Shown here one piece after another: positions 7,399-17,515 of a stretch of DNA of 64,000 nt (within the stretch, counting starts at the first letter, position 1; each line of letters opens with the position of its first letter). The notes under the pieces were generated by a model. The model searched no databases. It had not been told where the DNA came from and saw only the letters and a program-made list of their open reading frames with translations. The position numbers and the translations under genes were made by a program. Source of the DNA: an uncultured Spirochaetaceae bacterium (GTDB lineage: Bacteria > Spirochaetota > Spirochaetia > DSM-16054 > Sediminispirochaetaceae); contig CAZQNO010000001.1 of NCBI GenBank assembly GCA_964594775.1, positions 1,195 through 65,194 on the forward strand. Direction: 5' to 3'.

Positions 7399-10300
7399 AT
7401 GAAACAGGTAAAAAGATTGATTACGGCTGCGGCAGTGCTCTGCATTGCCGGTATGAGCGGATACGCGGAGAACGGAGACGGCAAGGTTAGAGAGCTTACC
7501 TCTCCGTATCTTATCGGAAACGGTGCCGCAGCGGCGAGCATGACGGCCCCTCACGCGCTGTCGGTAAATCCTGCGGCGGCGGCACTGGTGCAGCGGCTCA
7601 CCTTCGACGGAAGTTATATCGGCATTATCGATCCGTCCGACGGATCCTTCGGTCCAAAGGGACACTCTTTGAATTTCGCGACGCTTTTTCCCGCGAAGGT
7701 AGGCGTTTTTACCGCTTCCGGCAATCTCCTCACCGCATCGGAGATGGAAGCGTTCGATCCGGGGACCCAGCTAAGTGTCTACGGCGCTTTTTCAAAAGAT
7801 GTATATCCGGATCTTTTCGTCGGCAGTGGTGCCAGGGTGACCTTTGGTGACGACGGCACCTTTGCAGCGGCGGCCGATCTCGGGCTCATTCGCCGGCAGG
7901 GAGACTATCTACAGTTTTCAGATTTCCACTGGGGAGTGAGCCTTCTCGATCTCGGCTACAGCACGATCGACGCCGACCGAAGGGCCCCGTTTACCCCAAG
8001 AGCCGGTGCGGAAGGTACCTTCATTGAAAATGAGACAGTTACGGCAAAGCTCAGAACGGATCTTTCTCTCCCTTCATTCATGAATCTACGGCTAGGACTG
8101 GGCCTGGGGCTCACGATCGGCGGTTCTTTCAACGTGGGAATCGGCTCGCGCTACGACATGATAAGCGTTGCCGACGGTTTCTACGACCAGCTCATCCCTT
8201 CGGTGAGTATCTCCTACACGCTTCGCCCCGGGGGAACAGAGGATGCTCCCGAAGATACCTCTCCCTTCAGCAGCAACGAAATGACGCCCCATATAGCAGC
8301 TGCGCCCATGAGCGATTCGCTTTGGGCCGTCGGCGCCGGTCTTACCATGCCTATTGGCGTCCTTGATAAGAAGGCGCCTGAAATTGAACTGGATCTCTCC
8401 GCCTTCAGCGAAGAGGAAGAAGGCGATGAAGCCGGGCCCGAAGCCGAAGCGGACAACGAGAACGATGCTGAGGAAGATAACTCCGAAAAGGTATCCACTC
8501 TTTCTCGAAAAGGCCCAAAGAACGCGAAGGCGCTTCGGTTTATTCAGGAGGCGAAGGAAGGGGAGAAGGAGACCGGGAAGAAGGATAATGCAGATCAAGA
8601 GGAGTACCAAGAAACCCTTCCACCGGATGCGCTGGTCTACATATCACCGAACAACGATGGAGTAAAGGACAGTCTCGAATTCCCCATTAAGATATCCGAT
8701 CGCAGGTATCTGAAAGAGTACGAGTTCGTGGTAACGGACGAGGCGGGAACTCCAATTCGGACTATCCGCAACAAGGAAAAGCGTCCTGAAATCCGCAGCG
8801 TCCGCACCTTCTTCAAGAATCTTTTTTCGAAGAAGAAGGGCGTCGAGGTACCAGAGACGATACGGTGGGACGGAAATACCGACGACGGAGATGTCGCACC
8901 CGACGGGCTCTATCAATTCCATCTCCGGGCGGTAGACGACAACGGCAACAGTTCTCGCAGCGATACCTATACCGTCTACATAGACAATACTCCACCGGAA
9001 GTCAAAATTGTGGAAAAGGCGGCGGGGGAGCGGATATTCAGCCCGAACAACGACGGAAATAAAGATGAGCTGCCGCTCGAACAGGACGGTTCTATGGAAA
9101 GACTGTGGCGCGGCCGCATAGAGGATGCCGCAGGGACCGTTGTGCGGACTTTCCGATGGTCCGCACAGAAACCGGAAACAGTTCTCTGGGACGGGACAAA
9201 CAACGATGGAATTCTCGTTCCCGACGGGATTTATATCTATAAAATTGAAGCCCGCGACAGGGCGGGGAATACCGGTTCGTCGGAATACGGAAACATCGTA
9301 AAGAACACCGAGCAGACTCCCATCGCCCTGAGGATCAACCGCTCGCATTTTTCGCCGAATTATCCCGAGGGAGACGGCAGTAAGGATACCCTCACTCTGA
9401 GACCGCAGGTGCCCGTTACCACCGGTATCGAGAAGTGGAAGATTGAAATAATAAATGAAGCCGGCGAGGTGAAGAGAATCTACGAAGGGAATGAGACGGC
9501 GCCGCAGGACATCGTTTTCGAAGGGAGGGACAATTTCGGCGGCGCTCTTGCCGAGGGAAGCTATACCGCCAAGATCGACGTTCTCTACATTAACGGCAAC
9601 AATCCGCAGGCCGAATCACCCTCTTTCGTTCTGGATGTAACGCCGCCGAGCGTTTCCGTCAAGGCGGATACGAAAATTTTCAGTCCCAACGGCGACGGCA
9701 ATAAGGACGAGATACGATTCTATCAGGAAACTTCGGTGGAGGATCTCTGGTACGGACGGATTATAAGGGAAAGCGAAGAGGGAGATATCACCCAGATCAG
9801 CGATTACAAGTGGCTGGAGAAGGCCCCCTCATCATTTTCCTGGGGCGGCAGAAGGGACGACGGCGGTCTTGCCGAAGACGGAGATTCCTACTACTACCAC
9901 GTTTTCGCAGAGGACCGGGCGGGAAACCGCGGCGAGTCCAAGCGTATCCGTTTCGAACTCTCCACCAAAGAGACTCCCGTATTTGTCAGTGCGGATCTCG
10001 ACGCGTTCTCACCGAACGGCGACGGCGTGAAGGATCAGATCCACTTTTCTCCGAAGCTCGAGGTAAAGGAGGGGATTGCTTCCTATCGGCTCGATGTGAT
10101 TCCCGGAGAAACGAACGCCGGCGGCGCACGGCCCCTGCGCCGCTTCAGCGGAAGCAGGACCGTACCGGAACGGATAACATGGAACGGGAGAAACGAAGAC
10201 GGCGATGTGGTCGCAGACGGATCGTATCGCATCGAGATGAAAGTGGTGTACGAGCAGGGGAACGAGGAGAATGCCGCTTACGGCCCCTTCATCGTGGATA

Positions 10301-11667
10301 CGGTGTTTCCCAATATCGAAGTCCAGGAGGAGTATGAGCTCTTTTCCCCCAACGGTGACGGAAGGAAGGATGAGGTCGAATTCTCTCAGAGCGGCAGCAG
10401 AGAGGATCTCTGGCAGGCGGAGGTAAACGATTCCGGCGGAGAAGTAATCGCTACGGCTTTCTGGAAGGGCGTCCCCGGTGACTTTACCTGGGACGGCACC
10501 GACGACGCGGGAAACGTAGTTCCCGACGGCAGGTATACCTACCGCGTGTTTGCAGAAGACAAGGCCGGCAACAGAACGGAAAAACGCTCCAATCCGGTGA
10601 GAATCGACACGAGACCCACCAAGGTATTCGTTACGGCCGACACGGACAGGCTGTCGCCGAATGGAGACGGAAAATTCGAGGAAATACGCTTCAACACGAT
10701 CATAAATCTCACCGACGGCATGGAGAGCTGGTATCTCGAAATGGTGGACAATTCCTCTACGGTACAAAAACGCTTCGAGGGAGATCAGCGTATTCCCAAG
10801 AGGGTAATTTGGGACGGAAAAAATGAGGCCGGCGACTACCGCGAAGGGGTGTACACGGCTCGTTTCGGAGTAGAATACCGAAAGGGAAACAGGCCCGAGG
10901 CGCTCTCACTTCCCTTCACCCTCGATATAAGTCCGCCGGAGACAAGGCTTTCCATTTCTCCGACTCCCTTTTCTCCCGACAACGACGGGGCAGACGACGA
11001 ACTGAAGATAGATATCGATGTGCAGGACATCAGCCCGATAGAGTCGTGGCGCTTGGCAATCTACGACACGAGAAATCGTCTGTTCAAAGAATTCAGCGGA
11101 AGCGGCGCTCCCGCTGAAGAGATTATTTGGGACGGAAGAGCCGACGACGGCGAGCTGGTGTATTCCGCCATGGATTATCCCTACGAGTTTAGCGTAGGCG
11201 ATGTCTTGGGCAACCGCCGCACCGTTGAGGGTGACATTCCTGTCGACGTTTTGGTGGTAAGAGAGGGCAACGTCCTAAAGATCAAGATAGCGAACATCAA
11301 CTTTCAACCGAATTCGGCGGAGTTTGTTGAGGATGATCCGGAGATCGCGGCGAGAATCAGCTATGTTCTCGACCGGGTGGCGGAGATACTGAAAAAATAT
11401 CGACAGTACAAAGTCACCATCGAAGGTCATGCGGTAATTACCCGCTGGTACGATGAGCAAGCCGCCGCGAAGGAACAGAAAGAGGAGCTCCTTCCTCTCA
11501 GCGAGAAACGGGCCGAACGGGTGCAGCGGGCACTCACCGAAAGAGGTGTCCCGCGAAGCAGGCTCAGTACGAAGGGCGTCGGCGGCAGCAATCCGCTGGT
11601 GCCCCACAGCGACGAAGAGAACCGTTGGAAAAACCGGCGGGTGGAGTTCATTCTGAGGAAGGAATGA
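7399..11667 (+). CDS. Giant OmpA-family protein: signal peptide, Gly/Ala-rich N-domain, acidic linker, 8 FlgD-Ig-like modules, C-terminal OmpA peptidoglycan-binding domain
   Basis: The signal peptide is MKQVKRLITAAAVLCIAGMSGYA. There are eight FSPNGDGxKD-type modules. The C-terminus NINFQPNSAEF...LSEKRAERVQRAL...NRWKNRRVEFIL matches an OmpA_C-like domain. I prefer the start at 7399 over 7351, which overlaps the upstream small ORF. Confidence 0.85.
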   Translation: MKQVKRLITAAAVLCIAGMSGYAENGDGKVRELTSPYLIGNGAAAASMTAPHALSVNPAAAALVQRLTFDGSYIGIIDPSDGSFGPKGHSLNFATLFPAKVGVFTASGNLLTASEMEAFDPGTQLSVYGAFSKDVYPDLFVGSGARVTFGDDGTFAAAADLGLIRRQGDYLQFSDFHWGVSLLDLGYSTIDADRRAPFTPRAGAEGTFIENETVTAKLRTDLSLPSFMNLRLGLGLGLTIGGSFNVGIGSRYDMISVADGFYDQLIPSVSISYTLRPGGTEDAPEDTSPFSSNEMTPHIAAAPMSDSLWAVGAGLTMPIGVLDKKAPEIELDLSAFSEEEEGDEAGPEAEADNENDAEEDNSEKVSTLSRKGPKNAKALRFIQEAKEGEKETGKKDNADQEEYQETLPPDALVYISPNNDGVKDSLEFPIKISDRRYLKEYEFVVTDEAGTPIRTIRNKEKRPEIRSVRTFFKNLFSKKKGVEVPETIRWDGNTDDGDVAPDGLYQFHLRAVDDNGNSSRSDTYTVYIDNTPPEVKIVEKAAGERIFSPNNDGNKDELPLEQDGSMERLWRGRIEDAAGTVVRTFRWSAQKPETVLWDGTNNDGILVPDGIYIYKIEARDRAGNTGSSEYGNIVKNTEQTPIALRINRSHFSPNYPEGDGSKDTLTLRPQVPVTTGIEKWKIEIINEAGEVKRIYEGNETAPQDIVFEGRDNFGGALAEGSYTAKIDVLYINGNNPQAESPSFVLDVTPPSVSVKADTKIFSPNGDGNKDEIRFYQETSVEDLWYGRIIRESEEGDITQISDYKWLEKAPSSFSWGGRRDDGGLAEDGDSYYYHVFAEDRAGNRGESKRIRFELSTKETPVFVSADLDAFSPNGDGVKDQIHFSPKLEVKEGIASYRLDVIPGETNAGGARPLRRFSGSRTVPERITWNGRNEDGDVVADGSYRIEMKVVYEQGNEENAAYGPFIVDTVFPNIEVQEEYELFSPNGDGRKDEVEFSQSGSREDLWQAEVNDSGGEVIATAFWKGVPGDFTWDGTDDAGNVVPDGRYTYRVFAEDKAGNRTEKRSNPVRIDTRPTKVFVTADTDRLSPNGDGKFEEIRFNTIINLTDGMESWYLEMVDNSSTVQKRFEGDQRIPKRVIWDGKNEAGDYREGVYTARFGVEYRKGNRPEALSLPFTLDISPPETRLSISPTPFSPDNDGADDELKIDIDVQDISPIESWRLAIYDTRNRLFKEFSGSGAPAEEIIWDGRADDGELVYSAMDYPYEFSVGDVLGNRRTVEGDIPVDVLVVREGNVLKIKIANINFQPNSAEFVEDDPEIAARISYVLDRVAEILKKYRQYKVTIEGHAVITRWYDEQAAAKEQKEELLPLSEKRAERVQRALTERGVPRSRLSTKGVGGSNPLVPHSDEENRWKNRRVEFILRKE
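8641..11280 (+). repeat. Eight tandem protein-level repeat modules (FlgD-Ig-like, about 103-132 aa each) inside the OmpA-family gene
   Basis: Module anchors [FIL]SP[ND]xDGxxD begin at 8641, 9037, 9349, 9679, 10006, 10342, 10651 and 10969. Each module also carries W(D/N)G..ddG..v.DG.Y and (D)xAGN. The DNA identity between modules is low. Confidence 0.8.
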
Positions 11668-12698
11668 GGCGAATCTTACAGCTGATCGCGGTGCTCCTGG
11701 CAATCGGATTGATCTCCGTCGGCGGGGCATTGGCGGCCGCATACGCGTACAACCGTCCCTCCGAAGGAATACCGGAGGGGGGACGGATATTTCAGGTAAA
11801 AGAGGGCGCACATCTCGCAGAAGTCTCCCGCAGTTTAGAGGATGCGGGACTCGTACGATCGAGATATTTTCTCGTCATTCTTGCACGAATTCGCGAAACG
11901 GAGGGGAGGATAAAGACGGGGTATTACCGTATACTTCCGCAGATGAGCGCTCTAGACATTCACGACATGCTCGTCGAAGGCCGGCAGACACTTCACAAGG
12001 TGACGATTCCTGAGGGCTTGAAGATACGGAGTATCGCCGCGCTTTTCGAAGAGGCCGGCATTTGCAAAGCCGAAGAGTTTATCGCCGAAAGCCGCCGCGT
12101 GAGCGAACATGCGAGTGAAAAACGACCCTTGCCCGAGGGTCTGGAAGACCTTCAAGGATATCTCTCCCCGGATACCTATCTATTCCAACGGGACTTTCCC
12201 GCCGATAGGGTTGTAGCGCACATGGTCGAAACCTTTTACGGAAAAATTGACGAACTAGCGCCGGAGCATGAAGAACTGAGCGCCGAGGAATTACATGAGA
12301 AGGTCATTCTTGCGTCGATCGTCGAACGGGAATATCGGGCCGAAGACGAGGCGGCAAAGATCGCATCGGTTTTTTACAATCGGCTGAAGGCGGGAATGCG
12401 GCTTCAAAGCTGTGCAACGGTGGTTTACGTGCTTACCGAGGAAAGGGGAAGGGATCATCCGAAGAAACTCACCTTCGACGATTTAGCGGTTGAGTCACCG
12501 TTTAATACCTATACGAACCGTGGACTTCCTCCGGCACCAATTGCAAATCCTGGTGAGGGAGCCCTCGATGCGGTATTTCATCCCGCCGAGACGGATTATC
12601 TCTACTTTCTTCTGCAGGACCCGGATGCCGGAAGACATAGTTTCTCCAGGACCCTTTCAGAGCACAACAGGGCTTATAGGCTCTACATTAAGAATTAA
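11664..12698 (+). CDS. mltG: Endolytic murein transglycosylase MltG (YceG-like)
   Basis: It has an N-terminal TM segment MRRILQLIAVLLAIGLISV. Conserved motifs are LASIVEREY, VFYNRL and NTYTNRGLPPAPIANPG. I place the start at the ATG at 11664, which overlaps the upstream stop (ATGA); the track start at 11625 lies inside the OmpA gene. Confidence 0.85.
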   Translation: MRRILQLIAVLLAIGLISVGGALAAAYAYNRPSEGIPEGGRIFQVKEGAHLAEVSRSLEDAGLVRSRYFLVILARIRETEGRIKTGYYRILPQMSALDIHDMLVEGRQTLHKVTIPEGLKIRSIAALFEEAGICKAEEFIAESRRVSEHASEKRPLPEGLEDLQGYLSPDTYLFQRDFPADRVVAHMVETFYGKIDELAPEHEELSAEELHEKVILASIVEREYRAEDEAAKIASVFYNRLKAGMRLQSCATVVYVLTEERGRDHPKKLTFDDLAVESPFNTYTNRGLPPAPIANPGEGALDAVFHPAETDYLYFLLQDPDAGRHSFSRTLSEHNRAYRLYIKN

Positions 12699-12708
12699 GA
12701 GGGTAACG

Positions 12709-14481
12709 GTGCGAATTCCAAAGAATACCATCGATGAAATATCGGATAAAAGCGATATTGTCGAGGTAGTTTCTGATTATGTGAGGCTCGAGCGCAGAGG
12801 AAGCCGCTACGTAGGGCTCTGTCCCTTTCATTCGGAAAAGACCCCCTCATTCTCCGTTTCACCGGAAAATAATCTTTTTTACTGTTTCGGTTGCCACAAG
12901 GGGGGGAATGTTTTTACCTTTGTTATGGAGATCGAACATCTCTCCTTTGTAGAAGCGGCAAAGCATCTGGCAGAAAAGGCCGGCGTTCACCTCGATCTCA
13001 CACAGCAAGGAGAAGGCAGCAGAGAAACCGACGCTCTCGAAGAACTCTATGAGCGGACGGCTAAGATGTTTCATTATTTCTTTGCCTCTACCGAAGAGGG
13101 TGAGAGGGCCCGCCGCTATACGGAGGAGCGGGCAATAGACAGGCAGACGGCCGAACTCTTCGGTTTCGGCTTTAGTCCCACAGACAGAAAATGGCTCTAT
13201 CGGTTTTTGCGGAAGAAGAACTACAGTGCAGAATTTCTCGCTCGTTCCGGGCTTTTCTCTCGAAGATATCCCGAAATCACTCTCTTTTCCGGAAGGCTTA
13301 TTTTTCCCATCCGTTCCGCCGGCGGAAAGGTCATCGCCTTCGGAGGAAGGAGTCTCGACGGCAGTGAACCGAAGTACCTCAATTCTCCCGAAACGGAGCT
13401 CTATCAAAAAAGAAATGCCCTCTTCGGCCTTTTTGAGGGGGGGAAGGAGATACGAAAAAAGAGGGAAGTTCTGATAGTTGAGGGATATTTCGATGCGATT
13501 GCCTTTTACCAGGCGGGCATCGCGAGAGCCGTTGCCCCCCTCGGAACTTCGCTTACCGATGATCAGGCGAAGATACTCAAACGCTATGCCGACAGGGCAC
13601 TGTTGATATTCGACGGCGACGAAGCCGGACAGGCGGCCGCTCTCAAGGCTATAGAGATATGCGAGAAAATAGGGCTTGAGACGGCCGTTGTTAAACCGGA
13701 ATCTTCAAAGGATCCGGCGGAGATTCTCACGAATGAGGGTGCAGAAACATTGAACAAAATGCTAAAATACACTATAAATAACTTTGAGTTCCTCGTTGAT
13801 ACAGCCCTTGCTCGGTTTGGAGACAAGGGTGCGGAAGAAAAGAGTCATGTGGTGTCCGCAGTTTCGAGGTTCTTGCACAACGTGGATTCGGAGGTGAGGA
13901 GGCAGGAGTATTATCACCGTTTGGCCGCACGATTGGATATTACCCCAGATGCGGTACAGAGGGATCTCGATAGAACAGCCGATAACACAGTTTTTCGCAG
14001 GAAAGGTCAGGACGTCGAACCGGAAGAAAATGAAAGGATAGGCGCTGACCTATTTCTCATGCTCGCTACGGCTGCTCACTACGAGTTTTATCCCTATGTG
14101 CGGCGGCAGCTGCAGTACAAAGATATCCGAGACAAACGGGCTATGGACGTGTTTATCGCTTTAGAAGAGAGTTTTCGTCAGGAGGAGAGCGACATTAATT
14201 CGATTTGTTCCCGGATAGAAAATGAGGGTCTGAGAGACCTGCTTATGCAGAAGGCCGTCTCCGAGGAGTTTTCGATCAATACCGAGGCGATGATAAAGGA
14301 TACGGTACGATTGATAAAAAAGAAAAGCCTGGAGGAGAGAGGCCGCGATCTGCGAAAGAGATTGAAGAGATTGGTGAACGAGGGTAGCGATAGTGAAAAG
14401 CAAAGAGAACTTCTGTCTGAGAAGATGTATATCGATGAGGAACTAGAACGATTGAAGGTAGTGCATAATGACCGAGATTGA
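12709..14481 (+). CDS. dnaG: DNA primase DnaG
   Basis: The zinc-finger region is [32 protein letters not shown]. The TOPRIM region shows VLIVEGYFD and LIFDGDEAG. The GTG at 12709 is preceded by AAGAGGG. The track start at 12490 overlaps mltG by about 210 nt. Confidence 0.9.
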   Translation: MRIPKNTIDEISDKSDIVEVVSDYVRLERRGSRYVGLCPFHSEKTPSFSVSPENNLFYCFGCHKGGNVFTFVMEIEHLSFVEAAKHLAEKAGVHLDLTQQGEGSRETDALEELYERTAKMFHYFFASTEEGERARRYTEERAIDRQTAELFGFGFSPTDRKWLYRFLRKKNYSAEFLARSGLFSRRYPEITLFSGRLIFPIRSAGGKVIAFGGRSLDGSEPKYLNSPETELYQKRNALFGLFEGGKEIRKKREVLIVEGYFDAIAFYQAGIARAVAPLGTSLTDDQAKILKRYADRALLIFDGDEAGQAAALKAIEICEKIGLETAVVKPESSKDPAEILTNEGAETLNKMLKYTINNFEFLVDTALARFGDKGAEEKSHVVSAVSRFLHNVDSEVRRQEYYHRLAARLDITPDAVQRDLDRTADNTVFRRKGQDVEPEENERIGADLFLMLATAAHYEFYPYVRRQLQYKDIRDKRAMDVFIALEESFRQEESDINSICSRIENEGLRDLLMQKAVSEEFSINTEAMIKDTVRLIKKKSLEERGRDLRKRLKRLVNEGSDSEKQRELLSEKMYIDEELERLKVVHNDRD

Positions 14482-16270
14482 GACTAACCCCGCCGTTATC
14501 AAACTACTGGAATACGCTAAGTCGAAAAAGAAGGTGAGTTACGACGAGGTAAACGACTTTCTTCCCGACTCAATCGTAAATTCCGATAAGATAGAAGAGG
14601 TGATAAGTTTGCTCGAAAAGAACAGCGTTAAGTTAGAAGACGAGACGGATATCTCTATTGATGATTCGGAAAAGGAAGATGAAGAATCATTTCAGGAGGA
14701 AGACAATTTCGATTCCGATGACGACTCTGAAGAAGAGGAAGAGGGAAAATCCAAAAATCTCAGTAAGAAGAGGGTGGTGTACAGCGAAAAGGAGTCGGCT
14801 GTCGACGACCCTATTAGACTGTATCTCAGAGAAATCGGAAAAGAGAATCTTCTTACCGCAGAAGAGGAGGTCATCCTCTCTAAGCAAATGGAGGAGGGGG
14901 AGAATATCATCAAGGGGGTCATTCATGAGTCTGGAATGTTTATACCGGAAATGCATGAAATAATGCAAAAGGCCTTCTCGAAAGTCGATCCACGAGAAAT
15001 GGAACTTTCGAAAAAAGAGATTTCTGAAATTCTCGCTGAAAGAAGAAGACTCAACCAGTATTACCGCGAAAATCTGAAAGACCTCCAGCAGAGCCTTCGT
15101 GATTACATCGAGCAGAAGAAAAGACTGATATCCTCCGGTAAAGATATCCTTTTAGAAACGGGTTTGGAAGAACGCCGGGAAAAGCTTTTGAAGAAGATGA
15201 AAAGGGTCGACCTTCAACAGGAAGAGATAATTATTCTTTCCGATAAATTTCTCAACACCGAAAGGAAGATCCGCAAGTATCAAAAAGAGCAGCACAGAAT
15301 TGAACACCGCCTTGGAGTCGGTAGTTCTAAGGAATTGAGAAGCATGGGAAGGGGCCTGGCGGTTAACGAGAGCAGGAAAGAGATCGAGGGACGTCTTCAG
15401 CTCTCTGCCGATGAGATAAAAGAAAAAATTCGGCAGATACAGATGAATGATAAAAAGCTGCGGTCCATCGAGATTGAGTTCGAGGATCCGGTGGAAAATA
15501 TTCTTGAAGAATCTAAGGAAATAGCACGAGGAAAGCATCTGCTCAAGAGCGCAAAGGACAAGCTGATACAGGCAAACCTGAGACTCGTTGTGAGCATTGC
15601 AAAAAAATATACAAACAGGGGTCTCCATTTTTTCGATCTTGTGCAGGAAGGCAATATAGGGCTCATAAAGGCAGTAGAGAAGTTTGAATATCGAAAGGGC
15701 TACAAGTTCAGCACCTATGCGACGTGGTGGATTCGTCAGGCAATTACCCGTTCGATTTCCGACCAGGCTCGGACAATTAGGGTGCCGGTGCACATGATAG
15801 AGCAGATAAACAAGGTTGTCAGAGAATCACGGCAGCTCATGCAGGTTCTCGGGCGTGAACCGACGGACGAGGAGGTCGCCGAACGACTCGGCTGGTCGGT
15901 ACTCCGCGTTAAATCCGTTAAGAACGTTGCGCGAGAACCGATATCCCTCGAGACACCGATAGGAGAAGAGGAAGATTCACTGCTCGGAGATTTTATCGAG
16001 GACAAGGATGTGGAGAATCCGTCGAGCCAAACCGCCTTTACCATTCTCCAGGAGCAGCTGCAGGATGTGCTCTATACGCTGCCTCCCAGAGAACAGGAGG
16101 TTTTGAAGATGCGATTCGGCCTGGAAGACGGATATTCCCTCACTTTAGAAGAGGTGGGACTCTACTTCAACGTAACAAGAGAGCGCATTCGGCAAATTGA
16201 GGCCAAGGCTTTGAGACGCCTTCGGCATCCAAAAAGAAGCAGAAGACTAAAGGACTATATAGATAATTAA
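14468..16270 (+). CDS. rpoD: RNA polymerase sigma factor RpoD (sigma-70)
   Basis: It has an acidic region 1. Region 2 reads [56 protein letters not shown]. Region 4 reads [31 protein letters not shown]. Confidence 0.96.
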   Translation: MTEIETNPAVIKLLEYAKSKKKVSYDEVNDFLPDSIVNSDKIEEVISLLEKNSVKLEDETDISIDDSEKEDEESFQEEDNFDSDDDSEEEEEGKSKNLSKKRVVYSEKESAVDDPIRLYLREIGKENLLTAEEEVILSKQMEEGENIIKGVIHESGMFIPEMHEIMQKAFSKVDPREMELSKKEISEILAERRRLNQYYRENLKDLQQSLRDYIEQKKRLISSGKDILLETGLEERREKLLKKMKRVDLQQEEIIILSDKFLNTERKIRKYQKEQHRIEHRLGVGSSKELRSMGRGLAVNESRKEIEGRLQLSADEIKEKIRQIQMNDKKLRSIEIEFEDPVENILEESKEIARGKHLLKSAKDKLIQANLRLVVSIAKKYTNRGLHFFDLVQEGNIGLIKAVEKFEYRKGYKFSTYATWWIRQAITRSISDQARTIRVPVHMIEQINKVVRESRQLMQVLGREPTDEEVAERLGWSVLRVKSVKNVAREPISLETPIGEEEDSLLGDFIEDKDVENPSSQTAFTILQEQLQDVLYTLPPREQEVLKMRFGLEDGYSLTLEEVGLYFNVTRERIRQIEAKALRRLRHPKRSRRLKDYIDN

Positions 16271-16291
16271 ACGCCTGAAGGAGTTGTTGAT

Positions 16292-17098
16292 ATGATGCAG
16301 GAAGTATTCGAAAAACTGAGATCGCTGCAGGACATCCTATCGAATAAGTTTGAGATAGAGCAGGAAATTGAGGAGGTCCCCAAGCTTCTCCACACAAAGA
16401 CGGAGCTCCTCAACAGGCTCAAGAAGAGCTACCTGGAGAGAAATACCCAGGTGGAGAACACCGAAGAGCGCATCCGCCACATCCGCATTCGATTAGAGGA
16501 TGCGGAGAGACAGAGGGAAGCCTACGAAAAACAGATGGATCTCATAACGACGCAGAGAGAATATGAGGCCCTCGACAAGGAGATAAACGACGCCACGGAG
16601 AAAGAGCAGCAGCTCCGCAAAGAGATGCTCAAGGAGGAGAAAGCCCTCGGCGAACTAAAGGAATCTCTCGGGAAGGACGAGAAGATGATAGAGCTGCAAG
16701 AGCAGGAATTGAAGGCGGAAGAGGAAAAGATCGAGTCCGAAAACAAAGAGAAGAAGAAGGAGCTGGATAAGCTGGAGAAGAAGGAGAAGAAAATCACTCC
16801 GGGCCTGGACGAGGAGATTCTCTTCAAATTCGAGCGCATTATCCGAAGCAAGTCGGGTCTCGGTATCGTGCCGGTGAAAAATTCCGTATGCAGCGGTTGT
16901 CACATGCAGCTTCCGGCACAATTCGAAAACGACGTAAGAAACGGAGAAAAAATCCTTTTCTGTCCCTATTGCAGCAGAATACTCTTTTACGAGGCAGTCG
17001 AAGATGTAGATGAGAGTGAAGGCGTCGAAGAGACGGGAAGTCTCGCCGACTTGATTTCACCGCAGGAGCTGGAAGAGGAAATAGAAGTCCAGGATTAG
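16292..17098 (+). CDS. Coiled-coil C4-type zinc-ribbon protein (DUF164 / HP0958-like)
   Basis: A long heptad-rich Glu/Lys coiled coil is followed by VCSGCHMQLP...FCPYCSRILF (CxxC...CxxC). Confidence 0.8.
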   Translation: MMQEVFEKLRSLQDILSNKFEIEQEIEEVPKLLHTKTELLNRLKKSYLERNTQVENTEERIRHIRIRLEDAERQREAYEKQMDLITTQREYEALDKEINDATEKEQQLRKEMLKEEKALGELKESLGKDEKMIELQEQELKAEEEKIESENKEKKKELDKLEKKEKKITPGLDEEILFKFERIIRSKSGLGIVPVKNSVCSGCHMQLPAQFENDVRNGEKILFCPYCSRILFYEAVEDVDESEGVEETGSLADLISPQELEEEIEVQD

Positions 17099-17121
17099 AC
17101 GGATAGGCGTGGAGAAATTGA

Positions 17122-17451
17122 GAGCAGACCGAGTGGCCGCCGCTTTTTAGAAAAGAAGCGGAGGAAAGTCCGGGCTCCATAGGACACGGTGCCGGGTAAC
17201 ACCCGGAGATGCCGAGGAATTTCCGAGGCATCAGAGAAAGTGCCACAGAAAATCTACCGCCCGACCCTCATCGGTTGGGTAAGGGTGAAAAGGCGGGGTA
17301 AGAGCCCACCGCCGGCGCGGTAACGTGCCGGGCAGGGTAAACCTCACCGGGAGCAAAGTCGAGCAGCGGCCGGGTTGTCCGCCCAATGGCTGCGGGTTGA
17401 CTGCATAGATAGATGGTCACTCACGACAGAACCCGGCTTACAGGTCTGCTC
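17122..17451 (+). ncRNA. rnpB: RNase P RNA, bacterial type A
   Basis: The universal blocks GAGGAAAGTCCGGGCTCC (about 17161) and ACAGAACCCGGCTTA (17426-17440) are both present. The P1 stem pairs GAGCAGACC (17122-17130) with GGTCTGCTC (17443-17451). A T-rich tract follows. Confidence 0.93.
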
Positions 17452-17515
17452 TTTTTTCTTTTTTTCAGAATGTGCGGAATCAAGGATAGAATTACAGAGG
17501 TAGAGACAGTAGCGT

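Noticed and set aside
8641-11280. The periodic FSPNGDG-encoding units could at first glance suggest a DNA repeat array or CRISPR-like structure.
   Set aside because: The period is 309-396 nt and the units are strongly diverged at the DNA level. All lie in a single open reading frame. This is protein-domain repetition, not a spacer-repeat array or mobile repeat.
12490-12708. N-terminal extensions in the ORF track for dnaG (12490), the radical SAM gene (23707), tgt (58498), lptG (59322), the bEBP (33349), the TPR protein (31856), mltG (11625), the OmpA-family gene (7351) and the VWA gene (47124).
   Set aside because: The extensions overlap the preceding conserved gene by tens to hundreds of nt and encode unlikely sequence. 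In each case a downstream start gives a normal family-length protein; for several of them (dnaG, the TPR protein, tgt) an SD precedes it.
14640-14780. A GA-rich, acidic-codon tract (GAAGA/GATGA runs) that looks like a simple-sequence repeat.
   Set aside because: It encodes the acidic region 1 spacer typical of primary sigma factors ([29 protein letters not shown]). It is in frame and is not an independent repeat element.
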